From Perkinsus chesapeaki ATCC PRA-425 (taxonomy: Eukaryota; Protista; Perkinsozoa), in NCBI GenBank assembly GCA_013115145.1, contig JAAPAO010000008.1, forward strand, positions 98,045 through 162,044: a DNA stretch of 64,000 bases. The letters run 5' to 3'. Positions 49,001 through 62,318 of this stretch are shown here, piece by piece; the stretch's first letter is position 1; the number at the start of each line of letters is the position of its first letter. The position numbers and the translations under genes were made by a program. Below the pieces are notes generated by a model. That model did no database searches. It saw nothing but the letters and a program-made list of their open reading frames with translations, and was not told the DNA's origin.

Positions 49001-49967
49001 ACACACAACTTCCATCATGAAATTACGTTGATTCTAAAGGCAAAGCTCAGGCCCTTAACAACGACCGTCACCCACTATTACCGCATCACTGAAGTTTTCC
49101 TCAGCCAATATGAGAACGTAATAGAAGGCCTTGGTAGCCTCCAACTTGGCCGGAACATGGTCATCCCGCATGCCCTAAACAAGCCCATATCAACACCGTG
49201 CCACCGCTGCCTCCCAATCATTATCCTACCTGAACCACTGCTGTGACGATCTGTGTGGAAGTCTCAGAAGGTATCTCGGCTCCAGCTTCAGTGACCAGTG
49301 TTGCCAATTCCTCAGATAGATAACCGAGACAGGTCAGCACAACCTACTAGGATTAGTAGCCAGCATCACTCATTATTGCTAGTATACCTGTTTGGTAAGC
49401 GGGTCACCCTTCTGTGCCTGTTCAGCAAGGCCAGGCACTAGATCCTTCCACTGGCCTCGAGGCAGTTCAATGCCACCAATAGCCGAGATAACCTCAACAC
49501 AACGACATGCCAAAAGCCACTACTAAGCCATAGACTCACCTGAGCGCTTGTTTTCCTGGCCACAACCTCCTTACTAGTGGTAAGGGTCTTCACAGACAGC
49601 TCCCTTATACCGCCCTTAACGTTCTCGTCCAATGCCAGCCATCTATTAGCGGCGGCGGTGACATTATAGATAACATAATAACAACATAACTACCTTTCCT
49701 GGCACTCCTTCTTCTTTGCCTTGTCCTTCTTGCTGAGGGCGTTCTTCAAAACCAACCCAGCCAGTTGTCGTACACCCAGCGGCTTGCCCTCATCTGCAAG
49801 CTCACTGGCCAGCAACGGGAACAGCTGTGCCGGGCTATTCTGCAGCAACAGGAATAACAACGTTCAGAGTGGGTGCTGGTTACCTGCTCCGCTGCTGCTA
49901 GCTGTGCCTCCGCCTCAGACCTCTTGGTTGGGTCTTGGCACATTAGCAAGATATTTGTCAGGTCCAT
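46097..49967 (-). CDS. KPNB1: importin subunit beta-1 (karyopherin beta), multi-exon
   Basis: [76 protein letters not shown]; stop at 46097-46099. Confidence 0.93.
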
Positions 49968-50289
49968 GATGATGATGACGGGCCAAAGGGAGAATAATCA
50001 AGCAAACGACTACTACCAGACATTTCATAATGCGACCCTGCCTACTAGGCGATGAAACGGCTAAGATACGGGTAGATGACGGATCTAATAGAAGAGAGCT
50101 GTCTAGTACAGTAGATGTGATAGGTACGAGCGAGGCTATTGGATAAGGACTACTCCTCCTTCCTAGCTCAAACTAAGCCGTAACGGAGAAGGCGACATTA
50201 ATATCCACGACGACGACGAATCAAATGCTTCGCTCCGCCCAATTTTTGATGCACGTTTACACAAAAACGGTTGATGGCACTCCGGGGAC

Positions 50290-50301
50290 GGGGGGGGGGG
50301 G
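50290..50301 (+). repeat. poly-G run (12 nt)
   Basis: ccggggacgggggggggggg upstream of importin beta. Confidence 0.9.
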
Positions 50302-50499
50302 AAGTAAGCCCTATTACAGTGGACTGGGTTAGTAGGCAAGTTAGATGGGAACTCAACGGGAACGTAATATGGTTGTTAAACGGGAAATAATTTCATGAAT
50401 AGGAAGTGACGCGAGGCATGTATAAGCACAAGATGGCTACTATTACGAACACTCCTATACACTAGCTCCGGAGAATGGTCAAGCTATCAACCTTAATTG

Positions 50500-51356
50500 A
50501 ATCTTAACAACACAATGATATCTCATAGAAATGCTCATCCTCTTTCATTAGAATCGTCCCCATCCTTCTTGTAGCCGATAGCTGCCGAAAACACCTTCTG
50601 GGACTCTTTAATTGGGTCATCTAACCACCAGCTTTACCCATCACCTTCACGCTTCTATACCCTACCTTCATGCAACGGTAGCGTCCCCGTAAGACACCCT
50701 TCGCCAGCAGCTCGAGGATCTCGCTGAAGGTTGGCTGGTCGCTGCAATAAGGCCCGCACAGCTTCATAGGTCGCTCTGGATTCCTCAAGATAATCCTCTT
50801 CGAGTTTACGTCTGACAATTGACGATCTTATTCCGATCCATACACCACACAGGGGTACATTCGTTTATCCATGGGCTCGACGATCTCCCTATATGAAGGC
50901 ACACTAGAGCTGCTACTAGTTTTCGTTGGCATTATTCTGGACCGCAGAGGGGCTGAGTTACCACTATACAGCAACAACGCAACAACACCTTTCCAATAGG
51001 CACGTGAGAAACCAAACAGTGCAAAAATGTCTTAGTCGATCTTGCGACGTCGAGCTAAACAAAGAGTCTTGGTGATAAGCGTTAAGCCTCTTCCTTACAA
51101 GGCGGGCCTTGCCTGCTGCTGCCGCTGCTGGCCTTCTGCTCTTTGATGGCCTCCTTCTCGTACTGTGCATAGTCGGTGGTAGGAGGCTTACCTATGTATC
51201 CCATAGCATATAGGGACTGCAAGAGGACAATAAAGATGACTGTGAATATGAGCAACCACGACCAGGGCTGAAAGGAAGTGATAACAATGGAAGCTACGCT
51301 GCTTCGCCACTTACTGAGTTGTCGTTCAATACCTTCCACATGCTCACTTCGCGCAT
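50500..51356 (-). CDS. small single-pass membrane protein, hypothetical (multi-exon)
   Basis: MREVSMWKVLNDNS, intron, PWSWLLIFTVIFIVLLQSLYAMGY; later exon KLEEDYLEESRATYEAVRALLQRP. 3' end uncertain. Confidence 0.45.
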
Positions 51357-51530
51357 CTTATCAACAACGGTTTATTTAACTGCAAACATTCTCCAGTGGT
51401 GAAGTCAAACCCGAAATAACACTGCACTTAGCCACATTAAGGAAACACTACAATTTACACAGTATTATATCAATAAGCAATGGTTGCGTATACCCCCACA
51501 CCACCACCAGCAGCAGCGGCATAGGTCTTC

Positions 51531-54500
51531 CTATCTCCGTTTAGCCCCGTGACACTTCTTGTACCTATCAAGCTTGTGAAGAGAAGATATCTTATACAAC
51601 TTCATTAACGGTTGAGTTATCCATTTACTAGGTGAAGTTCCACCTTCCAGCCAGCCCCCCCCACCAATGTGGCGGCCATCAGATTCCTTACTTCAGCCCG
51701 CTGCCGCAGGGGCACTTCTCATTCACACCAATTTTCTTCTTGGTAGCAATCGGTCCAGACTTGTCGGTGCTCTCGACCTCTGACGCTTCATTACTGGTAG
51801 ACACACTGCTCGTGCCACCAATGCTCATCTGGCTGGGTGTCTGACACACCAGTGATCCCCCTGCCCCCATCCACGCTAAGCGCTCACAATCTCGTTATTC
51901 GGCACATCGCTGCCACTATTGGACGCTCCAGTGCTGGCCTGCTCCTCGGCAATCTTTACAGCTCGCCGCGTGTCGTCCTCTTGCAACTGAACAATCATAC
52001 CACTCCTTCTCTACATCACGCCTGCTATACTCACCGCTAGACGCTTGGCAAGGCACTCGGACGGCAAGGTGTAAAAGAGAAGATACGCCTCCGTCGATAG
52101 CACCTGTAACATACCGCTGCAACACAGTAAATGCCGGAAAGTGCCCCACCTGACTCTCAGTTGCTGGCGTTATCGTTTCGTCATCACACCGCCACCATTG
52201 GTCCTGTCCATCGCAGACATAGGAAACGTAATGTCCGCTCTGTAGGGTGGCATTTATGCGACTGAGAAGGGACCCTCAGAAAATATCAAAACGGTATGCG
52301 CCAAGAAACCTCGAAGCCTGAACCTTCAAATGCGGCTAGTCTACTGTTTGTGAGTGAGGATACTGTTCACTGTCAAAGCTACGTACCGTGTACTGTTCTA
52401 CCCAGGCACATTGAAGTAGCCCTTAATAAGGCATTCAACTTACCTAGTAAGATGCGTCACAACACCAATAAGTTTATATTGTTCAGCTAGGTCACCATGA
52501 GGTGAGGTTGATACGCAGTATGGTCGAAGGTTGAGCCTTGTTGGGAAGGTAACCTAAACCAGTACCACACAAATCAACAAGCAGATTTGAACTCTAGAGC
52601 CCCTTCAACAACCCCTGGGACGCTGATTTCCCATGGTGCCCCATCCAATGCAGTGTGTTCCTCGAGAGACAGAAAGTGCTGCTAGTGCTGAAATAGACAG
52701 CTTGATAGAAAATGTTCGCTAGTGAAACGAAGAAGTCGAATACCGCAGTCCAACCGTAAGGTACATTCTACAATGTTCTGCATTGTGGCCCTGATGCTAT
52801 CAGGTCAAATGGCACTGATAATGGCGAGTAATATTCACTCGCCACGAAAATGACATCCGCCAACCGCCCCTCACCGTTTGTTTGTTTTTCATCATATGCA
52901 TGTCGAACCTCTTCAGATGGATAACAAGGACCATAGGGGTATCGTAGAGCAAGATTCTACGGGCCGCACGCACTCTGAAGAAATTCAAACTCTCCCCGAC
53001 CACAAAGCCATCGAATTCTACCGGTTCTTGCAGCACTCGCATAGGAGCTTGTTGTCCTTGTCCAGCCGAGAGGGGGCAGTAAACAGCCGCAGACAGTCTT
53101 CCAACGACGAGGTGATGCCAGGCATGAGGTCGACCGACAAATCCAGGTAGGGCTCTGAAGAGGAAGCGACAATTGCCCAGCTGCTTCTTTGAGACGGTAG
53201 AGTTCGCTACCACTAACATAGGTCTGTTTCGGACACTTAGGGCACTGTGTCAACGTAGCCAGCCACGCCCCAAAGAGCCTCGAGTTGATAGCAGAGTCGT
53301 AATCGATGGGGCCCTCCATACCGTCTGAGCAAGCCGAAGACAATGAACCCCTTCAGAACACACCAGCCAGCATAGCTCACCTGTCCGGCGCACTATGTCA
53401 GCAGTAGCAGACTCGAGACGGTCCAGTATGTAGCGAAGGAACTCGTGAGCATCATGCTGGTAACTGAATCAGCAACAGTAAGAGACTGAAGGAGTCTACA
53501 GGTACCGGCCTACCCAAGCGGAAGGCTGTCGTCCAGTATGAGCGGCAAAGTGTCCCGAGGATACACACTAGATCTTGATACCGATACCGAGTCGTACAGG
53601 GGACCGTTACTGAGCGGTATGATACCCTCTTTAGCGCTAGGTTCATCCACAGGCTCGACACTTTGGATGGGTAGGAGCACCGAGCCTAATAGCGTGGTAT
53701 CTTCCACTCTACAAGTAAGCCCAACTTACTTCCATCCTCTAACTCCACAGTAACCGCTACAGCTCCACCAATCGAGGAGATGCCAGCAGCAGCAGCGGTA
53801 CTATCGCCGATGGGCAGCTCATTGGCATCATGGTAGACATCACCACCGTCGGTTTCCATACCCCCGGACTCAGCGTCATCATAGGTATCATCGTCAGTGG
53901 CCAGGACCGCTGGGTCTGTATGCAAGCGAGTTACCGTTCCTATTTTACTCTCGGCTTCTTGGCAGTTGATACGAACCTGAGGAAGTCCCAATATATGGGC
54001 ACAGCCCTGATGACCTCCAGGCCCACGGAGTGCGGAAAAGGAAGAAGGAGGCATAACTCTCTACTAGAGAGAACGCGGATTGAGAATGTGGATTGAGTCG
54101 ACAAGACTCCCGCCATCCCTATCACCTTGCAGCCCAGAGTGAGTTCCCGAGGCGACAACATTGTCGGTGGCGGCAAATCCTGTGGTCGGGGCGGCGTCGG
54201 TGTGGGAAAATATCTGACAAGTCGAGGAGGCATCAATACAACCCCCGAGCTGCCGGACTACTACTCATCTAAGAGTCGGACGAACGAGCGTAGGAATACG
54301 GACTTCTCATCGGTTGCCAGCAAATCCACCTCCAGAAGACCTAATAGAACAGGATACCGCTACAGCGAGGTTTATTATTATCACTTTTAATATAACGAAC
54401 AAAAAGTGGTATCCTGAAGAGGCATTGTAGAACCTGACATCACCCATCGGCCCTTCGACGACTGAGCTATCGCCGAGCTACTGAGTTGGCAAAGCACGTG

Positions 54501-54906
54501 TTGCCTATATTATCTATACCCTTCATCGGAGCTTCCCAGGGGTTATTGGATGGATCTGGCCATAGATCGTATGCTAGTGGTAATAAGCGACCTACTGCTT
54601 ACCTGCTCGACTAGCCTGTGACACCATATGCCTCCACTGCCGTTCAGGTATTACCTACGACAAGAACACATCCGACTACGACAAGTAAAGATTAATCCAC
54701 AATGACACCGCTACATCACCACAGTGTTGGGACGTAGACATAAGTTCAAGAAATGGCGAGGAAACGAAAGTATGAGGGAACAGCTGGATATTGGGACGCC
54801 TTTCCGATTTTCCTTCATTAAAGAAAGCGGGTCGATAGATGGCCATTGAACCGCTGTACGTGTAAAAATCGCAAGGGGAATTAGAGAAGGCGAATGAGAC
54901 CATCAT
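51531..54906 (-). CDS. ubiquitin-specific protease (peptidase C19) with a C-terminal SEC-C motif
   Basis: Cys box KGIDNIGNTCFANSV (~54480-54525); HDAHEFLRYILDRLE; LEDCLRLF; PMVLVIHLKRF; tail KIGVNEKCPCGSGLK|YKKCHG across intron 51565-51691; stop 51531-51533. 5' end uncertain. Confidence 0.88.
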
Positions 54907-55102
54907 ACGAGTGGCATCTAGAGAGAGCCTAGGACTATAGAAGAATGTGAAGCAGTCTCTTCTTCCTGTAGTTGCGTTATCGACGGACATTAACAACATA
55001 TAGAGCTATATATAATTAATGCAGATATGTGATAACTATTTTTCCTAAGTATATGATGATGATGAGGCCACCTAGATGACTTTAGGTTTGCTCAATTTTG
55101 TA

Positions 55103-55826
55103 TCAATCCCATCTTCGAGAGTAGTATGTAGTTGTCCTGTACGGACAGGATGATGTCCGTATATACTCCTTTAAAGCTTCACCATACCCAGTCAGTGTGC
55201 CTATAACCAATCTACCCCCTACGCCTTCAACTGCTACTATACAATACCAATTCCAATCAGAGCAGTGTACCGTAATAGTAACCTCCGTACGCCATCCCTT
55301 CCAGTACTCCACTACTACCTTCCTTCTTTTATCAGCTCTCATCTTCAACATAGTGACAGGTAATAGTGAAGGAGCTCTACCAGGGGCCTCAGAATGCCCA
55401 CAAGATGCCTAATAATGCCCTCTATGCCACCACCCCTTTCATAACCCGACCTGATGGCCCATGACCCAATCCTTTTTCTGACACGCTGGGCTGCAGTAAT
55501 ACCTACACCACCGACGTCACTTCCCTAAGCGTAATTCTGTATTACACTTGCCGACATCGTGTACAAAGGTTAGTGGCCGGCTGGAAGCAATTGGCACATA
55601 GATGCCCTCGTGCCTGGCGATTGGACTGCATTATCCCCAAAAACTCGATGGACGATCGCTCTATCCCAGAGGTGATGATACTAGTGAACCCAACAATGTG
55701 ATTGGTCACCACTACAACTAGAGACACTCTACTAGATCTCAGGGAGCGGACGCTACCCCACAGGCAAACCACGGCGAGAATCGAGTCACCAAAGCAAAGT
55801 ACAAAAGCGCTATGACGACCGAGCAT
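55103..55826 (-). CDS. MYND zinc-finger region (separate gene or 5' part of the USP)
   Basis: HLCANCFQPATNLCTRCRQV, intron, YCSPACQKKDWVMGHQ; hydrophobic segment upstream. Confidence 0.75.
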
Positions 55827-56099
55827 TCCGGTAGAGAATAAACCATACCAGCACAGGCAGCAGGCCGTTTGCCTGTCACGTGCTGCTGATCATTGTCAGC
55901 TACATTCGAGAGGAGCGGTATGAGTAGCCTCGAGTGGTGGGGGAAATTTATATCGTATAAGATGCTCTATTGCGCTTCTGTAAACTACTACTAGTAATAA
56001 TCTGCTAAATGCTGCTGATAACTGCTATCAATGAATCATTCATTACCACAGCCAATGGTAATAGTACTACTATACGGCTAAAGCATGGCACGCGGCGGC

Positions 56100-58003
56100 C
56101 TACTGCGGCTTAACCACACCAGTGAAATCGCTGGAAGGATCGTACCTGAATAGTAAGGTGGATCTGAGAACACGCTTCGGACAAGGGTAGTATAACTACC
56201 AGAATGCGACAGCTATGATGAGATAAGTGAGCTGCAACATAAGACCTTCCAACCAGTTGCTCTTACCGTCCACAAGGATCGATAAAGTGATTAACACAGA
56301 GAGCACCTATGTAACGGAGGGATCGCTTTCCCTGGACGTAGGAGGGCTTACCAAGATGGCAACACTGAGGGCGTTGAAGTCCAAATCCATAGGTACACCC
56401 ATGCACCATCCAACTATAACGGCAAAGGGGATCTATAAACAACAACTAGACGTTGGAGGCAGCAGCGGCAGATGTGGTACTTACCACGAAGAGCGCTATC
56501 TGAGTGCTGGACCCAACGGCAATACCAATGGCAATGACAGGCTTGTCCATGATGGCCATTCTTACCGAGGTTACGTGCTCACAGGCATTACCGATAATAG
56601 GAAGGAGTATTACACCAATGAAGGAGGCAGATACGTTACACTCCGAACTGAAAGGAAGGAATAATAGTAAGAAACATTAACGAAGAGTGGTAGACCTACA
56701 CGACACCCTCAATAGAGCCTACTAGGTACTCTGAGTTCACAGCTACAAGGACAGTGGACGCCTGATAAGAGGGATATACTGTTGAATACATACAATCGTT
56801 GTATTACGCATAAAATGAGCATTGATGACCATATCGACATAGTAGCCTCAGCTTGGTCATCATCAGAGGACTCGAACACTTGGAGATGAGTGTATCTATA
56901 AAGGGGAGAGTGACAACACTATTGGCTGTAGTAGTTGTGTGGTGGTACAATTGGAAGAATAGGAAGCCGACGTAGCTGATAAGGAGGAATATGGAGGCGA
57001 CTCGAGAGATGCTAAGGACGGTATCGTCCAGCTGAGCTTCGCTGCTGAACTCCGAACCCACAGATGATTTGAACACCTGAAATCCTGTCATACCAGGGCT
57101 GCGCTTGACACGCACTTGAGTGCGGCCCACCTACCGTAGGGACAGCGAAGGCTGCACAAGCCAGTAATAGCATACTCATGTTGGTCATTGGGCCCGTCTC
57201 TAGGAACTCCTGTTCTTTATTACGACGACCCAAACCACCAAAGAAGAAGGACATTCCCAAAACCTATAGTAGGGAACCAGTGGAAAGCTGCTGAGACGAT
57301 TAGTGGTGGTTGCTTACCAGCAAAAGATTGGAGAGGATAGATCCCAGCAGGGAGCCCTTCACCACGGTAATAAGATTCTAAATAGGTCGCTTCGATGCCA
57401 CATGTCTAGCCCTCAGTTATTACCAATAGCAAACTCTGTATTGAAACTATCATTTCCACAGCGTTGCCGAATGTGGCATTCAGAAGGCCTCCTAAAGTCT
57501 CATTTTTGAGACCGGCAGCCAGCTCCTCAGTTGCATCACCTAATGCACTTCACTGCTAACTAATGACCGCCAATCAACTTACCGAGAATCTTGGCGAGCG
57601 GTAATAAGGCCATAAAGTTGGTACCAAATACCCACAATGGAGACCATCTAAATACACCGGCGCATATTCCGATTGGAACAAACGCTATGAGTGCCTAAAA
57701 GCAGTAGCAGCAGCCGTCAGTCGCTAAGGCCACATTACAAGCTCACGTTAAAGGGCTCAAAAAGCATAGACTTAATCCCCATCCATTCCTTTTTGGCCTT
57801 GGACATCTCAGGTGGTGGAGCGCTGTTACCTATACCGAATTGCGAGTTACTATAAGACCGGTCAGAGAGCATTAGCGATTACTCAACAATGACTGTTCAA
57901 GAGCGGTGCTGTTGCTGTTGTCCGCTTTGTCCCCGCTTGTGATCCTCTCCATCCGACTGTTTCGGATGTGAGCCGATGCTTGACGAAACGATATATTGGC
58001 CAT
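56100..58003 (-). CDS. CAX: Ca2+/H+ antiporter (CAX/VCX1 family), multi-exon
   Basis: [66 protein letters not shown]; ends [15 protein letters not shown] stop. Confidence 0.93.
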
Positions 58004-58495
58004 AGTAACAACAACAGTCGGAAGTAATGAACTTATTGTCAATAACAGAATATTAAAATGAACGGTAGAAGTGCCACAAATAGTGTCCCTATGTCTATGA
58101 AATCACTTTAGATTTTGTACGCCAAAGGACAGGATAACCTTTAGGGTCTTACATCCCTCGAAGAGGTTAATATAACGATACGCCTTTCGAGGGCCCGCAA
58201 TAGCGGCTACTTATTGTCTGTATTGGAAAGTCGGGGATCCACTTACACAGCCGATCATCAGCGACTCCCAGATGATACCACTACAATCGATTCCATTTTA
58301 TCCTAGCCGTAGCGCACGCGGCTTCTATGCCGTACATCGAAGGTTCAAACCTCACAAGGGTCCTTTTTTGCTTCCGTCTTGCGTCGGTACACTTAGTAAC
58401 AAGGAGCACTTATCAGCTAGAAACACCGCCGTAAACATATGTCCGTAAGCACTCGTATACGTAAAAGCTCCGCACAGAGCACCAACAACCTCCGC

Positions 58496-60065
58496 TTATG
58501 ATTGCTCCACCCAACTCTGAGGAAGACTCATCCCTCCAATAGAGTGACCGCTTCGCAACTCAGACGGAAGATGGGCAATAGAGTCATGACACACAAAACC
58601 AGCTTTTCTCTTATTCCCTTCCACGGAGAACATCATAATTGATAATGAGCAATTAGCGGTCATGAAGAACGTGCTTCTGCTATCGTCGTTTGGAATGCCC
58701 AGGAGCTCGCAGTAGACAGAATCGAGGAACAGGCCATGCGATACCACCACAACCGCCGAGTTCTCCTCCTCTGGATGCTCCTGAAACCCACACAACGGTC
58801 CATAAGGAGTCACTGCCGGTGGCTTACCTTATCGATACTTGCAGCAGTTTCCCACAGAGCCTCCGCGACAGCCTTCGCTCGTACTCGTGTAGCCGAGGCT
58901 TCCTCGTACCCTCCCGTCCACCTACGCCCCATCCATACACACTGTCCGGGCCATTCCTCAACCTGCTACCATCCCTCAGATTCGTCTTTCTTGGTGCCAA
59001 TCCAGTCGACACAGTCAATACTTTTGCCGTAATGGAGCTCATCAAATGCTTCCCTCCGATTCAATCCGAAACTGCGAGGAAGCGTTCACCGTTGAGCCTT
59101 CCAAACCAGGCCTCACACGAATTCCTCATCTGCTCCTCGACGACGCCGCGCGCCTTGGAACAAGCCGCCCTCTTCGTGAAAACGACAATCTATCGCCACT
59201 TTACCATCAACCGCCGGCGACAACTTCTACAATAGGCAAAGTGAGGCCACGAAGGCTCAGATATGCGCTATACCAGGGCCCAAATGAACTGAGAGTCTTA
59301 ATTAAGTTGATCTTTCTCAAGTCTCAATTTGAGACATGTGTTAAGAGGGTATTTAACGGTGCTCTATTGTAGTCGGTGGTGCTCTACGATCAGCCCATAT
59401 CCACCGATACTTGACAGCCCATTCCTTTATGTCCCTCTATTACATTCAACGGCACCCAAAACATTCCTCTTAGACACAGCTGAGTGCCCCCCAAGAACGG
59501 ATGCTTCCACTAACTCCCGAAAGTTAACTTAGCGATATGGTGCTCCCGAAAACTAACCACGACAGCCCGGAATATTGCTTTTTTTCGGCACTTGGCGCTC
59601 GTACTACTGGAACGATCCTATTCACGAGCCCTTCAGCTTCACAAGACAGCACTACATTAAAAGGCCCACACTCACCTCAAGGATTGGTCTTGCCGTATGT
59701 AGCGTCCTCAACATCGGTGACACTATCACTTTCCGTATCCTCCACACACCTTTATTTGACATATCCGCTAAAAACTTATATGAACACAAATACTTCGGCC
59801 ACTTTTTCCCACCAAGATACTCCGCAGTTGCTTCAGCCTGCTTCCATCCCTGTTCACTTAACTGTGGATCGGCCTCTCGCCCCTCCGCTGTATGAGCTAC
59901 CCTGCGCCCCCCTCTATCGGCTGACTCTCCATCAAGCTCCTAAACAACAATCGAGCTGCCATAACTAACCCACAACGTGTCCTCGTCACCCACCCTAGTA
60001 TCGTCGGTCCTTCTCCTATTATTACCTGACTCTGCATGCCTAATAAATACGATATAGACCGGCAT
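58496..60065 (-). CDS. histidine phosphatase / phosphoglycerate mutase family protein
   Basis: MPVYIVFIRHAES, DPQLSEQGWKQAEATAE, DCRFHEEGG, VVVVSHGLFLD, NCSLS. Confidence 0.82.
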
Positions 60066-60239
60066 TGGAAGTGGTAAAGTATGCAAAACGTAACATTGCT
60101 TGTAAGCCTCCTCCTCCTCCTTTCTTGCTCTCCACTGTATTGACTCTTTAACGCAATGCTTCTAGTAAAGGACTGATGTGCAATACAGCAGGCAGCTTGT
60201 ACTACTAGAAAATGTTTATATCTCACTAAGCGATTCACC

Positions 60240-60560
60240 ACATCACTACTACTATCATCATAACCACCATAGACCTCCTGAATACAACAATAACAGCTCA
60301 GTACTCAATAATTAATACCAAAATGCCAACAACAACAACTGGCACCGTTCAGTTAGCCCGACAGCCTCATGAAGAGAGCACCAATAAAAGCCCTATACAT
60401 TTACCGGGATATAGCAGGGATAGGGGATATGGGACAAGATGATGATGATGAAGACGTCGACAGCGGCGGTGGGGGGGCAATGGTAATAGTAGAATAGTAG
60501 AGAGCGGTAGTGTAGGCAGCAGGATATACTGATGATGAGGATGGCGGCAGTGATGACTTA
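60240..60560. repeat. low-complexity intergenic region of short trinucleotide runs
   Basis: catcactactactatcatcat, caacaacaacaac, gatgatgatgatgaag, gtagaatagtag. Confidence 0.6.
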
Positions 60561-60593
60561 TTGTCTTTGTTCACTTATAACATACATTTCCAT

Positions 60594-61346
60594 TTAGTAT
60601 CCATAAAGTGCAGCTATACGAGAAATGATAACAGCAATAACCATAGAAATGAGCAGCTGCATAGTCGTGAAACCTGACGATGTGCGCGCCACCACAGCAT
60701 TCCTTGCCTAAATAAAACAACAACCTATACAACGACGAAGACGACGACGTTAACACTATATTCCTATTACCTTGCTCGCTTCAAGCTCCTTCTCAAGCTT
60801 AGCTTTCTCCTTTTCAATTGACAAAGTGTACTGAACAAGCTCATCATACTTGCTCCTTAGCTCACCAGCGGCGATATTAGCCGAACTGGTGGGGGCCGCA
60901 GTAGGAGCAGCGGCTGATGTCGAGCTCCCCTCCTTGCCTCCTTGTTTGCTCTGGCCAGCTGCAGCAGCTCCATCCTCAGCCGGCTTGAAGATAACATGCA
61001 GGCGTTGCTCGTGAATCTCAGACTTGGCAACACGCGCCCACTCGTCACGTTCCAATGGTTGACCTGTCGCACTAGTAGTGGCTTGAATAAGGAACCTGTC
61101 GGTGTTAAGGCTGGGATCTGAGGTCTGAGGCTGCAAGATAATCTGCACATCAACGGTGGCGTCAGGGGCAACGACGCCAGAGGAGGGTCGGACTAAGTAA
61201 TTGCGGGGAGCTGTTGTCTTGATCTTAAAGGCCACCGCTTTCTTCTCCGCATCGACATTGGTTAATGACAGAGTTGTATTAACCGATTGATAGAGAGTGT
61301 TGGGGAACACGATCTCACCAGGCTTCACGGAGAGGAGACTTGGCAT
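60594..61346 (-). CDS. VAP: VAMP-associated protein (MSP domain, coiled coil, tail anchor)
   Basis: VAFKIKTTAPRNYLVRPSSG, DRFLIQ; second exon ARNAVVARTSSGFTTMQLLISMVIAVIISRIAALYGY stop. Confidence 0.92.
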
Positions 61347-62318
61347 AATGAATAATCCTTTTTCAGGTATAGGTAAAAATACGAACTGCTCACTATTCAG
61401 CAAAATCTCCCCTCAGATAGATCCACCCTCCGACATAAGGCTATCGAGTTGACGTAATTCGTATCTAGCACCCTTCAACCTGGGATATTCGTCATGATCC
61501 CTTCAACTCCATACTTACCAATTTTTTCTAATAAACCCCCCATAGCGTCCCAAACTAGCGATCGTAAACCATAGCCCATTAGCCCATCCTAACACATCTC
61601 ATACCGGTCTCTCCGACAAAAAAGCATCACACTTAACGATGTGAGCCTCCCGGAGATCGAACTCGAAGACAGGTATTCAACATAACCCATAAAGACCACC
61701 CGCACAATCACATCAACAAAACTTTGGTCAGGCGGTAGCGCGTACCCTTGCAGTCTTAGAAACTCTTGCATTTCCTCAACGCAAAAGTGCTGCTCTGGTC
61801 TGAGTCTGAACTTGTCAATAGGTCTACATGACAGCAATTTACACAAGAGCATGTCATTATTTAGTGTAGCCAAACAACTTACACATCTCAGCGACTTGGT
61901 TACTTCAGCTAGTTACTAGCTGCCTGATTTTGTAATTGTTTCATTAGCCAATTAACCCTCCCTTTTCTCCATCTGAGCGTCTGTCGATTGACTCATCTAC
62001 TCTATACAGCTGCTTGTCAACGATGTTCGCATTGTCGGGGTACCTCGGTAACCGAGAAACTATTCATCCATCTTTCTTTGGCCCATTTGGTCCTTGGAAG
62101 GTTTTGTTATTACTTATTCCGTGGGATATACTTGCCCATATGTGGCGCCACGATGGGGCCGAAAATTCTAAACCACCAAAAATTTCATTTTTAAAATTCC
62201 GAGAGGTTACCGGTTCGATCCTCCCCGAAGAGCGAACCTTCGATCTCTGGACGAGGCTGAGGCGACCTACTCATTGATGGTACATTGCTGAGTTCAGCTT
62301 TCTGTTTCAAACCGTGCC

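Noticed and set aside
61589-61873. 94-aa minus-strand ORF upstream of VAP
   Set aside because: May be a real small gene, but no motif or splice model could be supported
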